From positions 3,410,001-3,474,000 of the forward strand of contig BQFW01000002.1 of assembly GCA_020891255.1 (NCBI GenBank): DNA of 64,000 nt. The letters are read 5' to 3'. Of the stretch, positions 14,279 through 26,336 are shown piece by piece. The stretch's first letter is position 1; every line of letters begins with the position of its first letter. The DNA comes from Entomortierella parvispora E1425. Lineage: Eukaryota; Fungi; Mortierellomycota. The notes beneath the pieces were generated by a model, which worked only from the letters and a program-made list of their open reading frames with translations, was not told where the DNA came from and made no database searches. The position numbers and the translations under genes were made by a program.

Positions 14279-16043
14279 CTACTCAAGCTGCTGCTTACGG
14301 TAGTGGAATTCTTCGCAGACACGCAAGGCCGTCAAGTTGGATCCCAACTTGTTGATAGTCTCCTGATACTCGTCCTCCTCAACACTGTCGTGGACAATAC
14401 CGCCACCGGCCTGAAGGTACGCGACACCATCCTTGACCACCATCGTTCTCAGTGCGATACAGGTATCCAGCCCTCCTGCATAGTCAAAATGTCCGACTGC
14501 TCCAGCATACACTCCACGCTTCTGTTTCTCCAAATCCGAGATCAACTCCATGGCGCGAACCTTGGGTGCTCCTGATGTGGTTCCAGCGGGGAAGATACTC
14601 CTGAATGCATCAAAGGGCGACTTGTCGTCTCTCAAAGTGCCCGACACATTCGACACAATGTGCATCACGTGCGAGTACCGCTCCAAGTGCATCAGCGAAT
14701 CCACCTTGACCGTCTCGGGTTTGCAGATACGGTTCACATCGTTACGGCCAAGATCCACCAACATGATATGCTCGGCCCTCTCCTTGGGATCAGCCAACAA
14801 CTCCTCTCCCAAAGCAATGTCCTTCTCTTCAGTGTCTCCGCGCTTTCTTGTGCCGGCAATGGGGTGGGTATAAACAACGCGATCTTGAACCTTGACCAAC
14901 ATCTCGGGAGAAGCACCCACCAATGTGAAGTCCTTCAAATCCAGATAGAACATGTAGGGCGAGGGGTTGATCGATCTCAAGTGTCTGTAAATGTTGAAGG
15001 GGTGCAACGATGTGGGCTTGGCCAATCTTTGAGAAGGAACTGCTTGAATGATATCGCCCTTCTTGATATGGGTCTTCAAAGTCGTCACAAATCCTTCATA
15101 GCCTTCCTTGCCCACGTTCGAGACAGGCTCCTGTCCCAAAATGACGGGTGGTTGGGGGATCTTGGGCGTAACCTCGTTGTTCAGCAAATCAACGGTGATC
15201 TGAATCTCCTCCACAGCCTTCAAGTACTGGTTCTCGACCTCCTGAGGGTCCGTGACGTCTGAACGGTAGTGGGTCACGACCTGGATCTTTTGGTAGAGAT
15301 GGTCAAAGATGACGATTGTGTCGCAGAACAAGAAGACGGCATCAGGCAATCCGATGGGATCCTGAAGGTCATCACGCTTTGTGCGGGGCTCAAAGTACTG
15401 AACGTTGTCGTATCCAATATAACCGATGGCGCCTCCTGTGAAATCCTGGATACCCTTGACCTTGACATAGCGGATGTTGGCGAGCTCCTCTTCCAAGATT
15501 GTCAATGGGTCTCCCTGGAGCGCCTCTGCTGGTCCTGTCTTCAACACCTTGTAAGGGTCTATTATTTGGAATATGATCAAAATCAAATCGCTCCATGGTA
15601 AGTGAACGTTCATCCAAAAACCATAGTCTTCATCCTGTCTGCTGCGCTGCATCATGGCCAGAGAAGCACATACCGCTGCCGATAAAACTGTAGCGGCCAA
15701 TCTTTTCGCCTCCAGCAATGGACTCCAGAAGGAATGAGTAGTCGCACTTGTCTGAGACTTTGAGGTAGGCCATGACAGGCGTGAGCATGTCGGCGGGAAT
15801 CTCGGCAAAAATGGGGATCGTGTTGCCGGCATTAGCGGCGATGAGGTCCTTGACCTCCTCCAGGGAAGGCTTCACGGTAATCTACAATAGGAATAGCAAA
15901 TGGGGTGTTTAGAGAATGCAGGCTCACCCTTGCTGAATGTCGGTCATTCCTTGGTGGTTGTCCTTTCAATGCCTGCCATCAGTCGCGGTTGTTCCGTGTG
16001 TGGGCTATTGCGCGATGAGTAGGGGTCTTACGTTATGGGACAT
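14279..16043 (-). CDS. TRP2: Anthranilate synthase component I
   Basis: [112 protein letters not shown]. Predicted start ATG 16043 (MSHN exon) with short 5' introns. Confidence 0.96.
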
Positions 16044-16698
16044 TGGAGGGGATGCGAGCAGGAGTAAGGTGAAAGAGGAAGGAAAGACGGACTGAATGAA
16101 ACTGAATGAACGAGCGAAGGAGTCAGCGATCAGAAGAAGGACAGAAAGAAATAAATAAATTTTCATGTCCGCCCACCGTCCACGACGATCGATTGTGTGA
16201 TGCGATGGGACGCTGACTGACTCACTCTTTTCTTTTTCCAGCGGTTTTTTTTTTTTTTTTTTTTTTTGGTTTCTTCTGGCGGCCATTCTTCATCCTTCAT
16301 TCTTCCGGTTGCGGTTGCTGGTAGCTGTTGCCATGTCCCTTCCCTCCTCCCTGCCTGGATGTCCCCTCCTTCCCTATCCCTCTCCCTTTCCTCTTTTGCA
16401 CGTTGCGCAGCCCTATACGGCGCACATCTCGTGGCATCACTCCCGGCGTCATCCTCCACAAGGACTTCGCAGAGCTCCCCTGGGGCTCGAGCGTTTCCCC
16501 AACCCCATCCGCAAGCAGCCAATAAGGTTCATTCAGAGTTGCCCTATTGTCCCCCACCTCCCATTTTGCTTCCCTGCCCTGTGGCGGTGTTTGTGCGTGG
16601 AGGAAAGACATTCTAGCGCCACCAATCTTGAGCTGAAAGCCCTTTTTTGTGTTTATTCGATATGTACAAAGTTGCATCTTTCTTTCTCTCTTTTCTTT

Positions 16699-16702
<4 letters not shown>

Positions 16703-16736
<34 letters not shown>
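16703..16736. repeat. (CT)n microsatellite abutting the TauD stop codon
   Basis: About 17 CT units read directly from the sequence. Confidence 0.95.
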
Positions 16737-16740
<4 letters not shown>

Positions 16741-17926
16741 GCGGTCGTGGCCGAAGCGCGACCATCGGCCTCGGCCTTGGCCTTCTCTGCCGCCTCCTGC
16801 TTGGCCACAATCGTCTTGGCGGTCGCCGCCCAGGCCTTGGCCTGTGTGCTCGAGTTCTCCTTGTCAAAGTACGGCTTCTCACCCGAGACCGTAACTCTCA
16901 ATCCCTGTCTAATGTGTGGACGAAAGTCCGCGACTCCCGTGTGGAAGGTCGAGCGGTTGTCCCAGATCGCGACCGAACCCTTCTCCCAGTGGAAGCGCAC
17001 CTGGTAGTCCAACCTCTTGGTGATCACATCCGTCAGGTAATCCAAAATCCACTTGGATTCTTGCGCCGAGACACCATCAATCTCGCGTGTGAAAACTGGG
17101 TTGGTGAAGATGGACTTCCAGCCTGTCACGGGGTTGGTGCGGACCACAGGGTGAGAGGAATCGTTCAACTTGCCAAAGGTCTTGCGGCCAGTGTTGGCCT
17201 GGAAGATACGGAAGATATCTGAGGTATGGGTAGCGGTAAGACCCTCCAGGAAAGTCTTGATAGCGGGCGAGAGGTCATCGTACACGGCGTAGCCATTGGA
17301 CCAGACAGTGTCGCCACCAGCCTCAGGGATGACGTCAAACTTGAGGATCGAGAACGAAGATGGGGCAGGCTCAAAGGACACATCCGAATGCCACGAGTTG
17401 TTGGTGTTGTAGCGTCCGGGAGGGCTATTGCGTTGCGTTGTTGTTGAAGGAAAAATAGGTGAATGGGGTAAGCCATTGTGTTTTCCTCATGCAACGCATC
17501 GAATTACCAAGGTCAAGAAATATCAATTTACCTCAAACGCGAGTCCAACACAATGACCTCGGGGCTTTCCTGGTCATGGGGCACCAAGGGGTGAACATGG
17601 AGGGGACCCCAGCGAGAACCCAATTTGACCTGCTCCTTACGATCCAAGTCATCTTGGTCTCTGAACCAGACCACACCACGCTCGGCAATAAAGGCCGCAA
17701 GCTCCTCCGATTGCTGCTCCGTCAGTTGAGAGAGACGGATGCCGTGCAACTCAGTACCGATCTTGGGCGAGTAATCGATGCGCTTGGTCACACTGGCAAA
17801 AAGGGCCTTCTTGTCTGGGTCGGCGCCCTTGCCGGCGACACGGGTAGCATGCGTGTTACGATCGGCCAAGGACTCGTCGCCTTGGGAGGCATCAAGGATG
17901 ATCTTGTCAGCTGCAGTAGTGGCCAT
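16737..17926 (-). CDS. TauD/TfdA-family Fe(II)/2-oxoglutarate dioxygenase (JLP1-like sulfonate dioxygenase)
   Basis: Two exons: PKIGTELHGIRLSQL..LAAFIAERGVVWFRDQ..WGPLHVHP, then WHSDVSFE (HxD), GGDTVWSNGY, HPVVRTNPVTGWKSIF and WDNRSTFH (distal His) followed by R..LR. Substrate not determinable from sequence. Confidence 0.92.
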
Positions 17927-18038
17927 TTTTGATTGTTTGTTGAGTGCTTGTTGTTTTTGAGTGGTTGGCGGGAAAGAATGTCGAAAGAATGAACTTGATG
18001 TTTAGAACAAGCCAAAAAGGGAGGGAAAAGCGCGCCAA

Positions 18039-18044
18039 TTTATA
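18039..18044 (-). promoter_or_regulatory. TATA box (TATAAA) of the TauD gene
   Basis: tttata on the + strand, about 115 bp upstream of ATG 17926. Confidence 0.45.
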
Positions 18045-18715
18045 GGTCGGAAACCACTTTCATGTTGCCACGGGAATACTTTAGCCGTGGTGCCTTGCTC
18101 TGTTACCCGGAAGAATGTTGATCATGAGGACCCATTGGGGTATGTCGCGTCTTTAACACGAACTGCCCTCACAACGCAATAGAAATGACATGAGCATGGG
18201 AGAGCTTTCTTCCTGTCAGATGGCGTGAAGATCTCGATGCGCCACCAAAAAAAAAAAAACTTCAAGTCAATTGATCAAGAGAAATCGGGTACGATCGTGC
18301 ACGGACACAACTCCAACAGTTGTCGATGGGCAACAAGGATAGCGCGAGATCAATTTCGGGATGGCGCGAACATCTCCGAGAAGGCGTAGGAGAAGGTGGT
18401 GAAACGTGGAGGGAGGGTCACCAGTTTGAAGCAAGACTAAAAAGACGCGTTCTCCGCTCGAGATGGCAACATTTTGCTGCCCTTGGAGGCTGAATGTCTT
18501 TGTGGCACCTTTTCAAACCTTCAAAAAAAAACGAAGATATCGCATCATTTTTCGACTGCCATTCGACATGATCACCTTCAATCCCCACTCACAGTATCTG
18601 CTTCTTTATCATCATCAAGAATATTGGGCTAGCATCGACACATGCGATTAAATTTTTTATTTACAGGCCCAGGATCGACAATTCCTTTTGGGTTAGGTCG
18701 TCTTTGATAGGCATC

Positions 18716-21700
18716 TTACGGCCTTGCCACTCGCCTGGGTTCGCCAGCAATAGTCGCACGCTTATATCCTTGCTTTCGATCCGCAGTCGGCCCCAGCGAA
18801 TCTCTACCTCTTGTTGACGCCGAATATGACGAGTTTGGTGATTGTCCAGCAATGCCGCCACCGCCAATAGATCCCCGAGACCCAATCGATCGATTGTATC
18901 CATATCCTCCTTGGACTGAAGGACGTCTCTCCGAAGACGAATATGTCGTCGATTCTCCTTCTGCAAAGGACACTGAAGGCGAGGTTCCTTCGCGTTGATC
19001 CTGTACAGCTGCGTCTGAAGCAGAATAGTTTTTCAAAGAGGGCCGTCGTGGCCCCCCAACGTTGCCACCGCTCTCCGAGTTCGAGGCTTTATTTTGATGG
19101 CGCTCATCGCCATGATCGACGCTGCCGTTTCTGATCCGCTCTTGAGGGGTCTCGATCTCCCTTTCGACACAGAGTCGTCCAAGAGCACCATCTCCATTCC
19201 TGCTCAAGATTTTAGCTGCTCTCATAAACTCCCCTCGAATAGTGAACAGGCTAGATTTGTAGTGAGAGAAGATACGGTTAATTAAAGCAAGCAATAAGTG
19301 TGTTGCAATCGTCAATGCCCCCTTTAGTTTGAAAACAACACTCTCTTTGGACTCACCTGAAGCGATCAACAGGTCTGCCTACGTTATGGTTCAACTCTGG
19401 GAGAGGAAATAGTGAAAGATACGAGTATTAGTAACCTTGATTTACCAAAAGGCATGGGTCATCAATAAATAACTGTCATACCGAATGGATCTTCAATGCA
19501 GAACAAATATCTGTTCTTCACAACAGGCGGTCTGTTTTCTGGTGGCGCTGAGGAAGCCGTCTGCTGATCAGACGCCTCCCCTTCTTTAGGCGATACCGGA
19601 GCATCAGGTTCTCCCTCTGTTGGCGATGCTTCTGCCTCAGGCTGCTGTAGAGGATCCAGAGGCTGTGAATCTTCGGATGGCTGAGACTTGTCCTTTGGTT
19701 GCGTTTGTTGTTTCTCTTGTTGCTGGTCTTGACGTTGCTGCTGATTTTGCGGTTGGGTGTGCTAAATGAAGGAGGATTAGAGTCAGATCGAATGCAACAA
19801 GATAACCTTTAAGTACGGGTTCGGTGTCCTTACATCCTTTGTCCACTCTTTCTCTTCCTTGGTCAGGAGTCCTCCCGATCGGATGCTGACAGCGTGGGTG
19901 GTGTATTTGAAATCACTGGCATAGTACCTGAAGAACTCATATAAGAGCTCTCCGACAGACTGCTGCAAGCCTTCAGGCGTCGGCTGCCAGTACCGTCCCA
20001 GATTGGCCACATCCTCAAAAAAGTAGCGGTTGAACCCCTGGCAGTCCCAGATCGGAATGTCGCCATCCCCGGGCACGATCGATTGCAGATTAGGAAGGAC
20101 GCCTCTGCGCTGCAACACGTGGATAACCAGTAGCACATACGCGTAACTAGAATTGTGGGAGGTCAGAGTAGTTGTTAGTCCCACATCATCGCTTTTCCGC
20201 ACCGCCGCAAAGATGGACGACAAACAGCTTACCTTGACAGTGAGCCAGTGTAGGGATTGTTGATCTTTCTGCGCTTGGCCCAGTGCTTGACAATCACCAC
20301 AATGTCGCGAACACGACTGTCAATTTTGCAATACGCTCTCAAAAGACGCGTGTTCCAAATCGCCAAGTCATTCTGGTATCCAATATCACAGGCGATTCCG
20401 TTGATATGATTCAGCTTCACAATGGGGACTCGGGCGCGCTTCAGCTGCAAAATGTTCTCAAAGTCGGGATCCTGTTCCAGACGATTTCCTATCCGCTCTA
20501 CAAACTCCACTGGCGAAACCTCATCTGCACCTTCCTCGCTGTTCAGGAAAACACAGACATCCATATCTGCGTTTGCAAGGGCCAATCCATTGCCGGAAGA
20601 TCCAAACGGGAGAACCTCAGCTTCGCCAAACACTTCTGTAGCGATGTCAGACAACCTGATATTAAATATGTTAGATACCAGTAACCAAGATCAAAATCCT
20701 AATAATCCAAGCACTCATCAACACCAGTACATACTTTTGAAGAAGAGCAATTTTTCTCGTTTCCTCTTCTGCTTTGGGGTGGAGTTCTTGACACAGGCGC
20801 TCTGCATCCCGACTGATTTGCTCAAACGTATGAAACGACGGCCTGTAAGGATCATACTTCTTGTCCGAATAGAAGTCAATATCCTTCACAGAAAATCGCG
20901 ACTTGGTAGTCGAGGGTTGATATCTAGGCTGTTCTCCTTGAGCTGAAGGATCCTGGAAACGGCGGTCGAAAAAGCTGGAGCGTTGCTGAGAGGTCGAAGA
21001 TGAAGGCGTCAGAGAGTCTCTATTCGCCTTTGAGCCGCCCGTGGAGGCTCTGGCACTTGGTGGCGTAACTGGGTTATCAAGAGAGAATCTTCTGAATTGA
21101 CCTATCAACTCTCCTGTCTGCGCTTGCTCAATCTCCTGGACAGTCAGAACCTGCCCTCCAGGGACAAGTGGAGAGGGGGCTGCTCCCATGGACGGTCCAC
21201 CACTATTGAGGAGCTTGTTGATCTGGTTTTCGATCGCCTGTACCTCCTGAGAACGAGGCCTTTCCTTGCTGCCTTGCTGTTCTTGCAGTCCATGTTGCTG
21301 ATATTCCTCGGGTTTCCTTGGTCCCGAGGGACTTTGCTCTCCTACATTCCGTTCAGATTGATGGAGAGACGACTCGAACGACTGTCCTGCACGCTGCTGC
21401 TGTTGCTGCTGCTGTTGTTGGTGTTGACGTTGCATCATTTGTTGGTGTAAAAACATTTGATGTTGCATTTGGAGGTGTTGCTGATGCTGCAAATGCTGCT
21501 GCTGCTGGTGAAAGTGGAACTGAGGCTCTTGATCCGGTCTAGGAAAATGTCCAAATCCTGGAGGAGGCGTCATCGAGTTCATGGGCATGAAAATAAGACC
21601 ATTTGGTGTCTGAACTGGGACCATAGGGGGCATCTGACCACCAAACTCCTTTTCGAATCCTGGAGGTCCCAGTCCGCTACCCCTGTTGAACATGGAGCCA

Positions 21701-22269
21701 GTTTGATGTGGTGGTCCTGTAGGCTGCGGTGAATTGTTTGCGTTTCGATGGATTGCATTTCCTTGGTCAGTCAAAGATACACTATCGGCCTTTGGAGCGC
21801 CCGATCGAAGCGTCTGATCATCAACCATCCGCTGGCCATCTTGCGAGAGCAAACTAGTTGCTTGGTTATTGGACGGCGAGGAAGCTCGGTCGGCATCCGA
21901 AGAGAAAGGATGAGGGCCAGCACCGAAATAAGGAGACTGCTGTCCATGGAACATTTGCTGTTGCATCATGTGGTGATGTTGCTGTTGTTGCTGCTGCATC
22001 ATTTGTGCAAGGGCTGGATGCATAAAGGGCGGCTGGAAGGGTGAATTTGATCTCTGATGGGGGTTCATCCCCTGGCCTAGTTCTCCGTCGTCATTGGGGC
22101 CAGGTCCGGGGAAGGCATGCATGGGGAACGTGGATTGTTGTGGAGGCAGACCCTCCTGGTAATGTTGCTGCAACTGTCGACGGGGATCCTGGCCTGATGC
22201 AAATGCATCCCGCGGCAACTCTTGATCACCCATTGGTTGGTGGGCCTGTTTCGAGGGCGGCTGTGCCAT
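18716..22269 (-). CDS. Cid1-family terminal RNA nucleotidyltransferase (predicted terminal uridylyltransferase) with Q/P-rich disordered N-terminus
   Basis: PFGSSGNGLALANADMDVC (DxD at 20559-20567), ARVPIVKL, IACDIGYQNDLAIWNTRLLRAY, VKHWAKRRKINNPYTGSLS, LSSYAY-like helix and spliced IEDPFELNHNVGRPVDRFSLFTIRGEF (PAP-associated domain). First true ATG at 22269; the ORF-track start at 22323 is GTG. Confidence 0.9.
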
Positions 22270-22644
22270 TTGGTGGCGGGCTGGAATCAAAGACGCGCTC
22301 TCTGGAAGGGATGCGCGCAGCACACAGACTCTTTTACAGACACACGCGCTGGAAGGTGAAGGAAAAGGAAAACAGGGACCTCAGTGGAACGTAATGGGGT
22401 GATGTTGGCCTGCAGGAGTCGAAGCGCGCGCAATGTGGAAAAGAAGTGTGCCCTTGCAAACGCATGCATGTGCCTCCCTGCTTTGGCTCCAAAGGGTGTT
22501 CCCTCGGACAAGGCATGAGTCTGCCGCACAAGCCACCGAAGCTCAGCCCGCCAAGGAAATGCGCCACCAAAAATTTGGAAGTCACTCTGAAATTTCGGAA
22601 CGGATGGTACATGGTCCAAGCCAAAAGAACATATATCACAATAA

Positions 22645-22907
22645 GGGTCTACGCTGCTCTGTGGGAGTTTTGCCGCTCCATTACACTTTGCAAGCCGGGT
22701 TCGACACCCGGTGTAGACTCCTTATGTCAGGTTATGCAGTATGACGCCCCTCCCGCTGTAGGCCTATCCTCGAGGGGGGCGGTGAGCCTTCACCCCTGCG
22801 CTGGCCAGCAGAGTAAAGGGTGTGGTGCCTATCACTGGGGGGAGTCGAGCGGTCCCATTCGGGGCCGCTTGAACTCTTGTTCCCGGGGCCTAATACTTTC
22901 TTCTTTT
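22645..22907 (+). ncRNA. Candidate Pol III structured RNA, copy A (tRNA-like head, hairpins, oligo-T end); family unknown
   Basis: B box GGTTCGACACC 22698-22708 in a 5-bp T-arm stacked on a 9-bp stem (GGGTCTACG/TGTAGACTC); degenerate A box CTGCTCTGTGG; strong hairpin 22842-22876 whose G-U pairs favour the + strand; T4 at 22904-22907; colinear homology with 59005-59295. Confidence 0.6.
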
Positions 22908-24033
22908 CTTTTCACCACATGGCTCATGGTTCCCACTCCCATGTCTCCATGGCATCCCTGATGTCACCAGAACTCTCTTGTCCTCAATCAATCAATCGCG
23001 TACCACACGCAATTTTAGTGGCGCGACTTTTTTTGGGCTCAGCTCACTGCCACGGAGGTCAACGTTCATGGTGCCATGGTCAATGCTTTTGGGAATGGAG
23101 ACAAGGCTGATTGTTTGCGTTTTCACTGCTGTTTATTATTACTTTCTTTCACTCTCAACTACTCTCGAAATCTGGCCTGCTCTCAGTCAACTTGTTTTCC
23201 TCCTTCTCTTTGACAAGCAAGAGTGAAACAAGCCGTGCAGGGCGCGCCAACGAGCAGGCGGCAGGCCATCGCACCCCAATAATAGTTTGCATGTACCATA
23301 AAGGACACGTCTTTTTTGGTTTGTATGGACAACCCCACGAAAACCATACGCTTTTGCCAAAGACTGGTTCGGAAACCAACCCAAGGACTCTGTTGGACCA
23401 TGATGTTGCCTGAGCAGAGCACCTATAAACACCTTCTTCATAAACACCTCCAGTATTGCACAGTGAAAAGGGGGGATAGGAACCAGAGGGCCACAATTCC
23501 CGTCTCATCCCGGTGAGAAAACAAAGATGCGAGCGGATCACCTTCTCGACTTTGTAGTGGACATTTGCCCTTCCCCTCTCGAACGTAGACCGCGACTTTA
23601 TCTACTTGTCCAAGAGGGTTGAAGAAAGGACGGTTGAAAAGGATTGCGATGGTGCTGGCACACAACCTTCTTATACGGTCAACACCCAACGGACCCCCGT
23701 TATGGAGGCTGCACCCAAGTTCCAGGTGCCGTTACAAGACGTACACCCGGGAAGTCCGTTGATTCTCAGGATGGCGCAGCAGAACGAGTCATGTCCACAC
23801 CCAGCCTTACCTGGCAGCACATCGCAAGTAATACGCAAGTCTAGGGGAAGGGGAAATGGAGCGGAAAGGGGGAATGAAAAGGAAAGAACAGGTGGACGAT
23901 TGGAAGGGAGGTGGATGGGTGGAATGAATGAAAATGAGGACAATGCGATTCCATCATGGAAAATTGATTTTTATTTTGTTGCGTGGTTGAAGTTCTCGGT
24001 GTTGATGCTCTTTGGTTCGCCTTGATGAATGAA

Positions 24034-26336
24034 TCAATGACCAAGGAGGGCTGCAAACGTCTTGTTCATGAACATGCCTTCAGGGTCGTACTTCCTACGG
24101 ATCGCCTCAAACTCATCCAAACGACCGCCCGTCTGCTGTCGCAGATAGGGCACGATGCCTGGGACATGTTCCCACATCTTGGCCCAATGGGGTCTATTCA
24201 CGATTAGACCGAACAATGATATTAGATACTGCATCTCAACAATTGCCATAAAGTTTCAACCTCTCCTCAACTTACTTTGCTTGGAACTTATCCATCCAGT
24301 ACTTGCCTACTCGGGCAGAGAAATCCTCGTAGCCCTTAGTATTGATCACAGAGAGGATCTCGATCATACAAAAGATCGCGTCTTTGTCTTCGTCGTACGC
24401 GCTTGACAAGGTCATATCCGATGCCTTGACGAACCTCATCTCCATCGTTAGATTCAGCGAGTAGTTGTTTTGGCCTGCCTCTTTGTAGATCTAGGAGAAA
24501 GATTGCACCTTCCGTCAACAGCAGCCATTCAGGTACTCTGGAAATGTACCGTCTCAACATCAGCAGCAAACATACCTGGTCAATCACGTAGTTCCAAGCT
24601 AGTACCACATTCTCAAAGTTATCGTCGGCCTTGAAGGCCATCTCCATATCCAAGCCTACACATAGATCGAACAAACGAAAGCATCAGTGTCTGTCAAACA
24701 ACAGCAACTTTGTCTCCTTTGTCTGATTCCCACCCTCTTGTCCCACAACTCGATAGCTGTGCACCCCTCCCTTTCGGTCTTCAATGTCGAGCGTTCCTCC
24801 CATGAACATGAATTGTAGACTTACAGGGGATGTTGTCAATGCCGGCCTGGTAATGAATCGCGTCAGGAGCTTGCAAGACCTTTTCGGAATCAGACTTCAT
24901 CACCGTGAAGATCAGGCAATCCAAAAACGGGGTGCAGCTCGGGTTCTGCGCCATGAACTCGTACAACTTGTCTCCAAAAGTTGTCTCCAAGTTTTGAGTG
25001 ACCTGCAAAAACTTTTCTTGGTCGGGTGATACCGTGACAGGCAAGGTCGATCGTTGCCATTGCTTGACCCACAAATGATCGTTGGAGGCACCTAAACCGG
25101 AGGTGTTGAAGGGCCAGTAAAAGATCTCGGTCGATTGGTTCCCGAGAACCATGGCCTTGATCTTTGGACCGCCGACCTGGGGGGATTCAAAGTAGTCGCT
25201 CAATGGAGGGAATGTGTCGGTCTACCCAAAACAATTTTGTGGGGAAAGGTATAAATGTGCAAAAAAAAAAAAAAAAAGTGGATTTTCATGAACGAGCATG
25301 TTAGTAAAGTTGTTTCTTCTCTTTTCGATCACACGAAAAGAGACGGCTACTCTATGTTACCATGTGCAGGTTGAACATTGGCTCAACATTCATAGTGTAG
25401 CTGTAGATGATCCCGAATAAACCGAGGTTGATGACCGCAGCTGCAAACTCCTTTGGGTCCTTTTCCCTTGAAAAAGTGTTTAAGACCCCGTGGGCATCGA
25501 TGATCTTGACTTCGCTCACAAGGTCTGGGAGCGTTCGGGTCTCGGTTGCTGCTCCGTGCTAAAGAGAAAGAAAGACAGGGAGAACGAGAAAAATAAGAAT
25601 CGGGGTCATAACTGCTATTGTGGGGCGTGCTGCTGTGTAGTGTGGAAACAAGAAGACTGATCATGAGTACAACGTACACATCCTAATGACAGGATACCAC
25701 CGTATCGGACCTAAGATCAGGGTTTATGTAGAAGGAGGGGGCATTTTAGTTTTCTCAAAGAATCATGGCCTAGCCGCACCCATAATGGCTTACAGAGTCC
25801 AGGACAACGTTGGATGGCAAAGCGAGGGGTGGGTCATGAGCACGCAGCAAGTCGTCCAAGTCCTTCACCAGGACACCGGTTTCCATCTCGACCGTCCATA
25901 CATCACCCTCGACATGAACCGGGGCATAGATCTTTTTCATGTCGTTCACTATGACCAAGTAGCCGTCGCTCTGAATTACTGATGAAGACGACCAAGTGTG
26001 ACCTGTGGCCGCACATCGGATTTTTTTCTTTGCCTCAGTGGCCTGTTGCACAATCGCAAACAGCTCCGTCAGAGTCGTAGGGTGGAAGATCTGAGCTGGC
26101 ACACAAGTCTGGTTGCCAGCCCAATTGGACCACGCGTTCGGATTTGGTGCTGCCATGTTGCGATTACTGTTGTCGTTGTCGCTAGAGGGGATTACGATGG
26201 GGTGGGCAGCCACTTGAAGCCCCTCCACCTGGGAATCGACAGATACACGCTCTCGACTTTTTTTTCCTTCCTTGGAATGGGAAGTGAGATCAATGATGTC
26301 CTTTTTCAGACGACGGATGAACGTGTTGAAGGTCAT
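24034..26336 (-). CDS. FAD-linked oxidase, D-arabinono-1,4-lactone/L-gulonolactone oxidase-like
   Basis: WSNWAGNQTC, RCAATGHTWS (covalent-FAD His motif), VRYGGILSLGC|HGAA, NLGLFGIIYS, TMEMRFVKAS and C-terminal RPHWAK; at least six introns. Confidence 0.88.

Noticed and set aside
18661-18966. ORF as the C-terminus of the TUTase or a separate gene
   Set aside because: Splicing leads into the 18716-19369 frame (SLFTIRGEF); this ORF is an overlapping alternative frame.
22645-22721. Functional tRNA or tRNA-Sec (9-bp acceptor-like stem)
   Set aside because: No canonical anticodon arm or variable region, no TCA anticodon, degenerate A box.
22746-22800. HDV-like ribozyme (G-start 7-bp P1 followed by GG)
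   Set aside because: No P3/L3 fold or P2 closure could be built, and copy B lacks the GG.
22645-22907. Identification as SRP RNA, RNase P/MRP, U3, U1/U2/U4/U5/U6, U11/U12, 5S or telomerase RNA
   Set aside because: By eye I find no SRP helix-8 AGG/GNRA/AGCA motif, no P4 GAAAGUC pairing, no C/D boxes, no Sm site and no CCCTAA template. An Rfam search is still needed.
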